Assembly: GCA_963736115.1 (NCBI GenBank) | Contig: CAVTNR010000013.1 | Location: 1-57,661, forward strand | DNA length: 57,661 nt | Source: an uncultured bacterium | Lineage (GTDB): Bacteria > Zhuqueibacterota > QNDG01 > DTFT01 | Direction: 5' to 3' | In this document: positions 1 through 10,185 of the stretch, piece by piece | Position numbering within the stretch: the first letter of the stretch is position 1 | Layout of the letters: each line of letters begins with the position of its first letter | The notes under the pieces: generated by a model | The model's input: only the letters and a program-made list of their open reading frames with translations | The model's database searches: none | Told to the model about the DNA's origin: nothing | Position numbers and translations under genes: made by a program

Positions 1-71
1 CGGCCGTTTTCGTGTCTTTGGTCGTTGTCATGGCGACGGTCACCGGGTTGATTTATGGATGGCTTTTCTGA
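1..71 (+). CDS. 3' end of a membrane permease (DUF318/ArsP-like), truncated by the window edge
   Basis: Frame starting at 3 reads AVFVSLVVVMATVTGLIYGWLF then TGA (69-71) TAG. Hydrophobic terminal helix; sits before a small redox-disulfide protein, as in ars operons. Confidence 0.6.
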   Translation, partial: AVFVSLVVVMATVTGLIYGWLF

Positions 72-86
72 TAGGTGGAGCTCACG

Positions 87-108
87 GTAGCCGCGGGTTC
101 AGCCCGCG
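87..108 (+). repeat. GTAG-type REP-like palindrome
   Basis: Intergenic GTAG-C-CGCGGG-TTCAG-CCCGCG; same architecture as the element at 36088-36111. Confidence 0.5.
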
Positions 109-131
109 CATCCATAGCAGGAGGAATCAAA

Positions 132-371
132 ATGAAAATTGAAGTTCTGGGCTCGGGATGCCCGAAATGCAATGCCACCGTTGAAAACGTAAAAAAAGCG
201 CTGGAAGAGCTCGGCCGCACGGCTGAAATCGTAAAGGTGACGGACATCAATGCCATGATCGAGCGCGGCGTCATGTCCACGCCCGCACTGATATTGGACG
301 GACAGCTCATGGTTCAGGGCAAAATGCCCAATGTCGGTCAGATCAAGGAATGGATCGAAAAAGGCGCCTGA
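132..371 (+). CDS. Small redox-active disulfide protein (MTH895/TM0996 thioredoxin-like)
   Basis: MKIEVLGSGCPKC...GVMSTPALILDG; AGGAGG RBS before ATG 132. Confidence 0.9.
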   Translation: MKIEVLGSGCPKCNATVENVKKALEELGRTAEIVKVTDINAMIERGVMSTPALILDGQLMVQGKMPNVGQIKEWIEKGA

Positions 372-374
372 ACC

Positions 375-650
375 ATGCAGAAGGTATACGGATTCTGGAA
401 AGGCACGGCCAGGGAGAAAATCCCCTGGAACCCGACCGTGGAAGAGGACAAATGCGTCGGTTGCAGGGCCTGTTACGAATTCTGCGGTCACAGTGTCTAT
501 GCGTGGAATGATGAAACAAACAAACCCGTCGTAGCCGAACCGTTCCAGTGTGTGGTCGGTTGCAGTTCGTGTAAAAACCAGTGCGGAACCGAGGCGATTT
601 CCTTTCCGCCGCTGTCCGTTCTGAAGCCGTTTCTTCGCGAAACGTCCTGA
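375..650 (+). CDS. 4Fe-4S dicluster-type ferredoxin family protein
   Basis: CVGCRACYEFC and CVVGCSSCKNQC motifs. Confidence 0.88.
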   Translation: MQKVYGFWKGTAREKIPWNPTVEEDKCVGCRACYEFCGHSVYAWNDETNKPVVAEPFQCVVGCSSCKNQCGTEAISFPPLSVLKPFLRETS

Positions 651-670
651 CCGGGAGAATCGAAACGGAT

Positions 671-1567
671 ATGGCGCACACGCATTCAAAAACTGCCGCG
701 GACGGCCGTCTGGAGAAGAAGCTGATTCTGACGATCATCCTGAACCTGTTCATCACGCTGGTTCAGATCGCAGGCGGAATCATTTCAGGAAGCCTGGCCC
801 TTCTTTCCGACGCGGCGCACAATCTGGGAGACAGCCTCGCGCTGGTCCTCAGTACGGTCGCGGTGCGGATGAGCCGGAGACCCAAGACGCCGAAACACAC
901 ATTCGGATGGAAGCGCGCGGAACTGCTGGCGGCTCTCATCAATGCGAGCGTTCTGGTCGTGATCTGCGTTTTTCTGATCCGGGAAGCGATCGGCCGATTC
1001 TCGCACCCGAACCCGATCTCGGGAGCATTGATGCTGGTTGTCGCGGCCGCGGGTTTTCTCGCGAATTTCGCCGGGATGGCCCTGCTGAAACGCGATTCCA
1101 GGAAAAACATCAACGTCCGGTCCGCTTATGTCCATCTGATGGGCGACGCGGTTTCCAGCCTGGCCGTCATAGCAGGCGCGGTTGCCATCGTGCTCTTTAA
1201 GTTCGCATGGATCGATCCGGTTCTCACTATTCTCATCTCCCTGTACATTTTGAAGGAAACCGTCGGAATCCTGAAGGAATCCGCGGACATGGTCCTCATG
1301 ACTTCTCCCGCTGAGATCGACCTGGGGGAGGTTCAGCGTTCCATCGAATCCGTACCGGGCGTGAAGAACGTTCACCACGGCCATCTGTGGAAGCTGAGTG
1401 ACGCGGACGTCCATTTCGAGGCTCATCTCGACGTGGACGACATGCCGGTGAGCCGGACGGAACGAATACAGAAGCGAATCGAGAAAATGCTTCGGAGCCG
1501 GTTCGGCGTCACGCATACAACGCTTCAGTTCGAATGTGACAAGTGCAAGACGAAAAGGTTTATTTGA
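671..1567 (+). CDS. Cation diffusion facilitator (CzcD/ZitB-like Zn/Co/Cd exporter)
   Basis: SLALLSDAAHNLGD, TFGWKRAELLAAL, SAYVHLMGD and HTTLQFE motifs. Confidence 0.93.
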   Translation: MAHTHSKTAADGRLEKKLILTIILNLFITLVQIAGGIISGSLALLSDAAHNLGDSLALVLSTVAVRMSRRPKTPKHTFGWKRAELLAALINASVLVVICVFLIREAIGRFSHPNPISGALMLVVAAAGFLANFAGMALLKRDSRKNINVRSAYVHLMGDAVSSLAVIAGAVAIVLFKFAWIDPVLTILISLYILKETVGILKESADMVLMTSPAEIDLGEVQRSIESVPGVKNVHHGHLWKLSDADVHFEAHLDVDDMPVSRTERIQKRIEKMLRSRFGVTHTTLQFECDKCKTKRFI

Positions 1568-1635
1568 GAACAGAAAGAATGGCCGGGTTGGATCGCCGGG
1601 ATCATCCGGTCCGGAGGAATGAACAGGAGGATACA

Positions 1636-2043
1636 ATGATGAAGATCATTCGCGCGATTCTGATCATCGGACTGTTGGTTGTGGCGGCGAACGGTTGTTC
1701 AGGCGACGATCGGAAACAAAACACTGGAGGCCCGAAGCCGGTCTCCGCGCAGGTCTCGAAAAAGAAAGTCACGTTCGTCGAACTCGGATCAGTCAAGTGC
1801 ATTCCATGCAAAATGATGCAGCCGATCATGGAGGATATTGAGAAGGAGTACGGCGATCAGGTGGATGTGGTCTTTTACGATGTCTGGACCGACGCGGGCC
1901 GGCCGTACGCGGAAAAGTACGGCATACGCGCCATCCCGACCCAGGTCTTCCTGGACGAGAACGGAGCGGAATACCACCGCCACCAGGGATTTTTCCCGAA
2001 GGAAGAACTGGTCAAGATCCTCAAGATGAAGGGCGTGCAGTAA
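1636..2043 (+). CDS. Exported thioredoxin-family lipoprotein
   Basis: Lipobox-like VAANGC; ELGSVKCIPCKMM CxxC; IPTQVF; AGGAGG RBS. Confidence 0.88.
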   Translation: MMKIIRAILIIGLLVVAANGCSGDDRKQNTGGPKPVSAQVSKKKVTFVELGSVKCIPCKMMQPIMEDIEKEYGDQVDVVFYDVWTDAGRPYAEKYGIRAIPTQVFLDENGAEYHRHQGFFPKEELVKILKMKGVQ

Positions 2044-2147
2044 TCACCGTCCACACGGACCATTCGCTTGCCGCGTCCCCGAACTGAAAGGGGGCGAGGC
2101 GTCCGTGAATAAAGTACGAAACCCATAGGTCAATCCGGAGCTTCTGA

Positions 2148-2840
2148 ATGGAAAACCTGTTCGTCTGGCTCACCCAGAGCCTGACCGGCTCGGCCTGGCT
2201 GGCCCTGGCCGCTTCTTTCGCGTGGGGCATTCTGAGCATTCTGCTCAGCCCGTGCCACCTGTCCTCCATACCCCTGATCGTCGGCTTCATCGGCGGCCAG
2301 GGGATTGTCACGAAAAAACGCGCCTTCGTTCTGGCCGGACTGTTCTCGGTCGGCATTCTTATCACCATCGGTGTCATCGGACTGATCACGGGTCTGATGG
2401 GACGCATCATGGGCGACGTGGGGAAAACCGGCAATTACTTCGTAGCCGTGATCTTCTTCGTCATCGGCCTGCATCTTTTGGACGTCATTCGCATCCCGTT
2501 TCTTGGGGTCACCGGTCAGCCGAAAATGAAAAAAAAAGGCGCTTGGGCCGCCTTCATCATCGGTCTGTTGTTCGGTGTAGCCCTGGGGCCCTGCACGTTC
2601 GCCTTCATGGCGCCCATGCTGGGGATCGCGTTCCAGGCCGCTTCCACAAACCTGCCCTTTGCCGTTTCTCTGGTGCTGCTCTACGCGATCGGGCACTGCT
2701 CGGTTATCGTGCTGGCCGGAACTTTCACCAGCATGGTTCAGAAATACCTGCATTGGAACGAACGCTCGAAGGGGGCGGTGATCCTTAAAAAAATCTGCGG
2801 GGTGCTGGTGATTCTGGCCGGGCTGTATCTGATTTTATAA
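2148..2840 (+). CDS. ccdA: CcdA/DsbD-family thiol:disulfide transmembrane electron transporter
   Basis: LLSPCHLSSIP and LGPCTFAF cysteine motifs in a ~6-TM protein. Confidence 0.9.
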   Translation: MENLFVWLTQSLTGSAWLALAASFAWGILSILLSPCHLSSIPLIVGFIGGQGIVTKKRAFVLAGLFSVGILITIGVIGLITGLMGRIMGDVGKTGNYFVAVIFFVIGLHLLDVIRIPFLGVTGQPKMKKKGAWAAFIIGLLFGVALGPCTFAFMAPMLGIAFQAASTNLPFAVSLVLLYAIGHCSVIVLAGTFTSMVQKYLHWNERSKGAVILKKICGVLVILAGLYLIL

Positions 2841-2869
2841 TCAATTTGGACCCTTGACTAGGAGTGGAT

Positions 2870-3913
2870 ATGGGTTCGGAAACCGGTAAAAAACTGTCTT
2901 TTATCGACCGTTTCCTGACACTTTGGATCTTTCTGGCGATGGGTTTCGGCATTTTTCTCGGCACCGCGTTTCCGTCCGTGACGCAGTGGATCACCCGCCT
3001 GCAGGTTGGAACCACGTCAATTCCCATCGCGGCGGGTTTGATATTGATGATGATTCCGCCCCTGGCCAAGGTCAAGTACGAAGAACTCGGTGATGTGTTT
3101 AAAAACTGGAAAATACTGGGCCTGTCCATGGTTCAAAACTGGGTGATCGGGCCTATTTTAATGTTTCTGCTGGCGATCGTCTTTTTACCGGCGACTCCCG
3201 AGTACATGACAGGACTGATTTTAATCGGCCTGGCCCGTTGCATTGCCATGGTCATCGTATGGAACGAATTGGCCGGGGGGGATACGGAATATGCGGCCGG
3301 ACTGGTTGCGTTCAACAGCGTCTTTCAGGTTCTGTTCTATTCCGTTTACGCGTGGATTTTCATCACGCTCCTTCCGCCGGTGTTCGGGATGAAGGGCGTC
3401 GCCGTGAATGTCACCATCAGCCAGATTGCCGTCAGCGTATTCATCTATCTCGGCATTCCATTCATCGCGGGAATACTCATGCGGCTGTTTCTGGTGAAAG
3501 CCAAAGGCCGGGACTGGTATCATTCCAGGTTCATCCCGGCGATCAGTCCGATCACCTTAATCGCCCTGCTTTTTACCATCATGGTCATGTTCAGTCTGAA
3601 GGGCGAGGTGATTCTGAAAATCCCCATGGATGTGATACGGATCGCCATTCCGTTGCTCATCTATTTTGTGTTGATGTTTCTGGTGAGCTTTTTCATGGGC
3701 AGGAGAATCAAAGCGGGGTACGGCCGGTCAGCGACTCTGGCGTTTACCGCGGCCAGCAACAATTTCGAACTGGCAATCGCCGTGGCGATAGCGGTTTTCG
3801 GGATCCATTCGGGTCAGGCGTTTGCCGCAGTGATCGGGCCTTTGGTCGAGGTTCCAGTGATGATCGGGCTGGTGAACGTGGCGCTCAGGCTGAAGAAGAA
3901 GTTTGTCTGGTGA
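2870..3913 (+). CDS. acr3: Acr3-family arsenite efflux transporter
   Basis: [36 protein letters not shown] and GPLVEVPV. Confidence 0.96.
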   Translation: MGSETGKKLSFIDRFLTLWIFLAMGFGIFLGTAFPSVTQWITRLQVGTTSIPIAAGLILMMIPPLAKVKYEELGDVFKNWKILGLSMVQNWVIGPILMFLLAIVFLPATPEYMTGLILIGLARCIAMVIVWNELAGGDTEYAAGLVAFNSVFQVLFYSVYAWIFITLLPPVFGMKGVAVNVTISQIAVSVFIYLGIPFIAGILMRLFLVKAKGRDWYHSRFIPAISPITLIALLFTIMVMFSLKGEVILKIPMDVIRIAIPLLIYFVLMFLVSFFMGRRIKAGYGRSATLAFTAASNNFELAIAVAIAVFGIHSGQAFAAVIGPLVEVPVMIGLVNVALRLKKKFVW

Positions 3914-3976
3914 ATTTCCGGGACACCGATGGTCCAATCTCCGAAGCGTCAATGAAATCCGGAGGGAATCCGAATC

Positions 3977-4425
3977 ATGGAAAAACTGAAGATTCTCTTT
4001 CTCTGCACCGGAAATTCCTGCAGAAGCCAGATGGCCGAAGGATGGGCGAGGCATCTCAAGGGGGATCAAATAGAGTCATATTCGGCGGGCATCGAGATAC
4101 ATGGATTGAATCCGTCTGCCGTCAAGGTGATGGCAGAGGCGGGCGTGGACCTCTCAGGTCACAGGTCCAAGCACCTGAATGAGCTGAAGGATCAAACGTT
4201 CGATTATGTGATCACCGTGTGTGACGCGGCGAACGAGTCCTGCCCGTTCTTCCCGGAAAGACTGTTCGGATCCACAAGGGGTTCGATGATCCGCCCAGGC
4301 TCGCGAAATCCGCTGCAACGGAAGAGGAGGCGTTCAGCCATTACAGGCGGGTCCGGGATGAAATCCGGGCATTTGTGGAGGGGATGCCGGAGAATCTGAT
4401 GGAATCCGCAAAAGCATCCGGCTGA
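3977..4425 (+). CDS. arsC: Thioredoxin-coupled arsenate reductase (LMW-PTP fold) with an apparent 1-nt frameshift near 4252-4256
   Basis: ILFLCTGNSCRSQMAEG...TVCD...CPFFP; adding one base restores GKTVRIHKGFDDP...YRRVRDEI, ending TGA 4423-4425. Confidence 0.9.
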
Positions 4426-4475
4426 TCCCGGCAAGCGAATCATGCGGGTCGGAGTCTGTGGACTCCAGCCAGAAC

Positions 4476-4512
4476 AGCCTGAAGGGATAAGCAATCTTCA
4501 GGCTTTTTTTTT
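4476..4512 (+). terminator. Rho-independent terminator of the ars operon
   Basis: AGCCTGAAG/CTTCAGGCT stem followed by a T-tract. Confidence 0.8.
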
Positions 4513-4631
4513 CATCGGGGCAGAACCCCGATGAAGATGCGCCCCGGGGCGGAACCTCGGGGTGATCAGGATCCCGATCAAGAATCCGCCCCGGTCCGTG
4601 GCCGTAAAACCGTAGGTACGGATCCGGCCTC

Positions 4632-6437
4632 TCAGAACGCCTGTCCCATGTTGAAAATCACCTGCATGCCAGGCTCGTGGTCCCTGCGGTGCACAATGAA
4701 GCCCAGATCCAGCCGGAGCACACCCACGGGTGTCGATGCCCTGGCGCCGAACCCGGCTGTATGCCGGATCTCGTCCAGGCTGGCGGAGGACGCATCGGTC
4801 CAGACATTGCCGATATCCCAGAAAATCGCGGCGGAAACCATCCGGTAAACAGGCACACGCCATTCCGCGGCGTTCCAGACGAATTTGAATTTTCCTCCCA
4901 GCGGGACGCGATTGCGGTCCAGGGGCCCGGCGGTTCTGTACGGAAAACCCCTGAGCGCGGACGCATCTCCGGCGTAGAAGCGTTCGTTCAGGGGGATGTC
5001 CCGGTCCGGGTTCAAAGCGCCGATCCACCCGATCTCCACGGCGGAAGCCAGCACGGTGCGGCCGGCCGTCGGCACATAGAACCGCGCGATCAGATTCGAA
5101 CGGCCGAAGGACGCCGATTCCTTCGACAGCCCGCCCGCCAGTTCATTGCGCAGTTCCACGGTGGAACCCCGGCCTGGATTGAACGGGTTGTCCCGGGTGT
5201 CGCGGCCGGCCGTCAGGCCGATGCTGTGGATGTAGCTGGTCAGGGCCGTGGGCACGGGATCGATGCGGACGCGGACCAGGCGGGAGGCTTCGTTGATATA
5301 CTGGCCGGACAACCGGATTCCATTCCGCCACTGTCTTCCGACGGTCACGCGGCCGCCGAAGCGTTCGACGCCGTAGCCGGGCTCCTCCGTCCGGTCCGCC
5401 CGGACGATGATGTCCGTGCGCCACGGCCTTCCGAATGTCCAGGGTTCGGAGAATGAGCACTCGGAGCCCCAGTACTTGAAGCTCCCCTTCAGCGAAACGC
5501 CGAACTTTCTCGCGGTTCCGGCCGCATTGGTGTTGAACAGCTCCATGCCGCCCCTGACTTTTTCCCAGTATCCGTATCCAACGGAAACATTGAACTCTCC
5601 GGATTTCTTTTCCTTCAATTCCAGGACCATGTCCCGTTCCGACGCGTCCGCAGCGGTCGAGTCCGCCGGGCGGATGAACACGCTCTCGAACAGGCCTGTC
5701 AGGTACAGTTTTCTCTGCGATTCCAGCAGGTCCCGGACCCGCACCGTGTCGCCTTCCTGAAAAGTCAGTTCGCGGAGCACCACGGACGCACGGGTTTTCT
5801 CCAGCGGGGGAAGCCGTATGGCGCCGATCCGGGCCGGAAACCCTTCCTTGATCCGGATGCTCACGAACGCTTCGGCCGTTTCAGCGTTGATCTGGGACTC
5901 GATGTCCGCTCGGCCGTCAATGTAACCGCGGTCCGAGAGGTTCCTGAGAATCGCATTCCGCGACTCGTCGAGCAGCGGCCGTTTCAAAAGGCTGCCGCGC
6001 GAGATCGGGAGCCAGCCGAGGATCAGAGAGTCACGGAACGCGACGTTTCCTGCGAGAGAGATCATGCCGATCGGTGAAGGACGGCCCTCGGAGACCCGTA
6101 TCGAAATGCGAACCTTTTTTTTCAGGGAATCGATCCGGACTTCCGCGTTCCCGACCGCGGCCTCCCAGTACCCGTGGTCGTGGTAGCAGTCCACAAGGCT
6201 CCGGAGGTCACCCTCGAGTATCCGGGCGACGTACGGGGCCTTTCTGAAACTGGAGGAGGGCCGGGTGATCATGCACCGTCTCAATTTCGATTCGGGAACG
6301 GCCCTGGCGCCGGCTATTTCCAGACCGGCGACGGAGTATCCCCGGGGCGCGTCCGGGAGCGCGTCAACAGCCGCGGCCGGCCGAACCGACAGGCCGATCC
6401 AGACCATGGCAGGAAGAAGAAGTCGATGTCCGCTCAT
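4632..6437 (-). CDS. tamA: Omp85-family outer membrane protein, TamA/BamA-like (~3 POTRA domains plus barrel)
   Basis: Signal peptide; POTRA repeats (YHDHGYWEA, DRGYIDG, LYLTGLFESV); ERFYAGDASALRGF; ends FNMGQAF; directly downstream of tamB. Confidence 0.8.
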   Translation of the reverse strand: MSGHRLLLPAMVWIGLSVRPAAAVDALPDAPRGYSVAGLEIAGARAVPESKLRRCMITRPSSSFRKAPYVARILEGDLRSLVDCYHDHGYWEAAVGNAEVRIDSLKKKVRISIRVSEGRPSPIGMISLAGNVAFRDSLILGWLPISRGSLLKRPLLDESRNAILRNLSDRGYIDGRADIESQINAETAEAFVSIRIKEGFPARIGAIRLPPLEKTRASVVLRELTFQEGDTVRVRDLLESQRKLYLTGLFESVFIRPADSTAADASERDMVLELKEKKSGEFNVSVGYGYWEKVRGGMELFNTNAAGTARKFGVSLKGSFKYWGSECSFSEPWTFGRPWRTDIIVRADRTEEPGYGVERFGGRVTVGRQWRNGIRLSGQYINEASRLVRVRIDPVPTALTSYIHSIGLTAGRDTRDNPFNPGRGSTVELRNELAGGLSKESASFGRSNLIARFYVPTAGRTVLASAVEIGWIGALNPDRDIPLNERFYAGDASALRGFPYRTAGPLDRNRVPLGGKFKFVWNAAEWRVPVYRMVSAAIFWDIGNVWTDASSASLDEIRHTAGFGARASTPVGVLRLDLGFIVHRRDHEPGMQVIFNMGQAF

Positions 6438-6465
6438 CGGCGGATCTCCCGGAGTTGGGGCTTGT

Positions 6466-9400
6466 TCATTGAAACTTGATTTTATACTTGAGGTCGATGC
6501 CGGACCGGCCGATACGGTCCACGTGGCCTTCAACCGAGAGACGGCGGTCAATCCACACATTCAAACGCACGGATTCCTCGTTCATGTGTCCGACTGTTGT
6601 CGAATAATTGAGGGCGACGCGGCGTGAAACCCGTTTTGAGGCCTGGAGGCGCGGGCCCCACTCCTTGTCGAACCGGAACAGGTTCCCCTCAATGGACATG
6701 GAATCGAGCCGGAACAAGGTTCCCATATAATTTTCCGCCGTGGAGGCAACCCGCCGGCTGGAGAGCGATTTGGCTCTTTCCATGAGCACATCGGACATGC
6801 CTCCATTCCTGTCGGATGCGGGAAGGTTCCGGTTGAGCTCGTCCCGCGTGGCGCCGAACGTGAGCAGGGTGAGGATGTTCGTCCTGGATGCCTGGGGTAC
6901 GGAGGCGAGGTCGAAATCCGCCTGGTCCAGCGGGCCCCGGAGCGTCAGGGTCACGACATAGGGCGTTCCTGAATAGGTCTGGTAATTTTTCAACCGGGCT
7001 TCGGCCTCGATGTCCAGAATGGGATTGATCCGGCCGGCAGTGGCGAAATCCGCGGTGCCTTTTTTCAGCGTGAAAGCATGATCCAGATACTGCACCGTTC
7101 CCTCGTGCGTGGTCAGACGGCCAGTTAATTCGGGGTGTGAGACGCGGCCGGACACAGCCAGTTCCGGCTGGAAACGGACCCGTGCGAGGTTGTTGTCGAT
7201 CCAGACATCGCGGCCGCCGGTGATTCGGACATTCAGTTCCATGCCGGCAAGTTCATCCGGAAGCGGCGATGCGGTCCGGGCCTGAGACAGGGTCATGGAC
7301 AGGAAATCGGAAGCTTTCATGGTCTGCTGATAGCGGCATTCGCCGAGCTTGATCTCGCCGGTCAGCCGGTTCGCGTTCCCGTCCCGCACCAGACTCAGGC
7401 GGCTCCTGTCCACGGTACAGGTCAGGCGGCCCGGTTCCCGGATCCGGATGTTCCGGAGTTCGGCGTTCAGGTTCCAGGCGATGAGCCTGCCGCTTTCGTG
7501 CCGGAGACGGCCCCGGACATCCGCCGACCCGCCCAGAACGGGCATGGACAGGGTGTCGACAGCAATCGCGTCCCCTTCAAATGTCATGGAGAAACGGCCG
7601 TTTCCCGCGCCCAGGTCGGTCCCGGCGACGGGAAAATTGATGCCGCTCCCCGACAAACGACCGGTCAGGAGCGGTGATCCGGGCCGGCCGGAGAAATCGA
7701 GATCGACCCGGATCACGCCGCTCATGTTTTTCACCGGGGACGATCCGGGAAACAGAGAGTCCAGAACGGCCAGGTGGAGCGAATCCACGTTCAAGGAGCC
7801 CCGCATGGAATCGGATGCGAAAAAGAAACCGGAGCGGATGCCGGCCGGCCGGAGGAACAAGGCGGTCCCGCGCATGCAGGGCTTCTCTCCGAGTGAGTAT
7901 CGGATGTCCGAGGAGAGAGCCAGGGGGATACCGTTGACGCGGCCCGCCAGGCTTTCGATACGTAACGTGGAATCCAGAAAGACAGCGGCCCAGGAGACCG
8001 AGTCGATTTTTGGCAGTCCGCTCCCGCGGAACGAAGCGCGGGAAACGGACCACCGTCCCTCCAAACCGGGATCAGCGGGCGTTCCCGTCATCCGCAGATC
8101 GAATGTCGACCGTCCGCTGATCAAAGGAGACCCGGCCAGGAATGGACGGATCAGTTCCAGGCGTATGTCCTGTCCGGTCAGGCGCAGGTCAAAGGGGTTT
8201 GCCGCGTCGGGCTTCCATGAACCGTTACGGTCCGGGACGACCGGGATCGATCCGGCCAGTACAATTGCATTCGAGTCCGGCGTGAAGGAAAAACGGTTGA
8301 TCCTGAGCATGCGCTGTTCCAGCCCCGCGTCCAGAAAGACGGAGTCCGCGGTCATCTCTCCGATCCGAAACGGCCGGACGGCCATGCGAAGAGACCCAGC
8401 GGGATCACCGTCTCCGGGATTCAGAGACGCGGTCATGCGGATGCGGCCGCCCATTTTCAGCGTGTCTTCCGGCCCGAAGGCCCGGGCCGCGCATTGAACC
8501 TCTCCGCTTTCCGCGGACCAGCACCGTTTGCGGATTTCCAGGAGCACGCGGAAGGGGCCGGCCAGGGAGTCCAGCGCCCAGGTGCGGGCCTGAATCCGGG
8601 CGAGCGTGAAATCGGCTTCCGCTTCAGCGGAGTCCCCATGAACCCGGTAAAGACCGGTGACGCTGATCGGTCCCGCGGTGCTCAATCCCGTCGGCAGAAA
8701 AAGAGCCGGGAAAGAATCGTCCAGACGGACGGAAAATGCGCCGTTGGAAGAAATGGGAGATCCGGAAATTCCGGATGATCCGGAAAGCCAGGCACCGTCC
8801 AGACTTGCGGAAAGGCCTTTGCCCGTGATCCGGGCATCCGCCCTGCCGTTTCCGATGTCCAGGTCGATCCGAAGCGGATCGAGCGGCCTGCCGCTGATTT
8901 TCAGGTTCTCCGCCGAGATCGTCGCGGCTGCGGAGAGATGACCCAGGTCATCCGGGAATGCGTCGATCCGGATGTCGCCTGAAAGAGTGCCCCGGACCGG
9001 AGCGGGTGAAGTCATGAACCATCCGGAGAGAAAAGGGATGTCCATCCGACGGAAAGAGGCGTGAAACCGGGCATGCCGGCCGCCGCGGAATGTCCACGCG
9101 CCGGATCCGGAAACAGATCCGGCGCCGCCTCTCATCATCAATGAATCCAAAATGACGGAATCCCCCGTCCAGGCGCCGCTGATACGGACATTCCGGATGT
9201 CTCCGCTCCGGAAGGACAGGTTGTCGGCTTCAATGCTCCAGGCCGCCGAAGGCCGGCTCAGGCCGCAGTCCGCATTCAGCCGTCCTTCCACGATACCGGA
9301 TACCGGCAGCCGTCCGCCCGCGTTCTGAAAAAGTCGGCGCGGCCAGAATTCGACGGCCGTCCGGAGCGCAAGGCCGCCCTGTATGCGCCAGTCATTGCCG

Positions 9401-10112
9401 ACAGGCGCGATCTTTCCCTCTGCTGTCATCCGGCCGCCGGGGATTTCCGCTTCGCAGGACCGGATCGTGACCGCAGAGGAGTCCACGATTCCGGTCAGGA
9501 CCGGCTGATGAATACCGATGGCCGCGTCGTTCAGGAAATACCGGACTGAATCCGCGGATACCCGGAACAGCACTGAGGGATCGGATGCCGGCCGGGCCGC
9601 CTGCAGAACCATGCGGTCGATCGAAGCCACGGTGGAATCCGACCGGTTTTCATAAGCAGTTAGAAAACGCAGGCGGATTTCGGTGTTTATCGGAAAACGT
9701 CCGCCGATGGCAGGCAGTGATGCCCCGGATTTTGGCCGGTCGTCATTATCGATCAGACGGCCGATGCGGCGGACATCGACCGAAACCGTGTCCACTCGGA
9801 TGGAAACGAAAAAGCGGCCGCTCCGCAGCCATTCCGGCAGGGGTGAATGAAGCTGGATGCGGGAAATTGCGAGCAACAGGGGGAATCCGCCCCCGCTTCG
9901 GAGATCCGGACGGATTCCATCCGGATTCCGCGGATCAGGCCGATGCGCAGGACACCGATCGAACAGTCGGCTCCCGCGTCCCGGCGCACGGCGGAGATGA
10001 TCTGTTTTTCAAGCCAGGCGGATGCGATGCCGCAGGATGTACGAATCGCGGCGATGGATGCGATCAGCAGGACAGCGAACAGCAGGAGGATTCTGGCGGG
10101 TCTGGAAATCAC
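6466..10112 (-). CDS. tamB: Translocation and assembly module TamB (DUF490) with an apparent frameshift in the G5 run at 9879-9883
   Basis: N-terminal TM (ARILLLFAVLLIASIAA) in ORF 9753..10112 joins ORF 6466..9876 if one base is added; C-terminus INPILDIEAE...SGIDLKYKIKFQ is TamB-like. Start uncertain. Confidence 0.8.
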
Positions 10113-10185
10113 GGCGTACCGGCGTTCGCGTTTCGGCCCGTCCGGCCGGGCGGTCGGACTCCGGGGGCTGTCCGGCGCATGCGGC

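Noticed and set aside
69-131. TGA followed by a hairpin as possible selenocysteine recoding
   Set aside because: The TGA is immediately followed by in-frame TAG, it falls at the natural end of the permease, and the hairpin fits a GTAG REP.
2044-2147. Structured element between the Trx lipoprotein and ccdA (CACGGAC/GTCCGTG)
   Set aside because: Short pairing with no T-tract or family motif; plausible by chance at this GC content.
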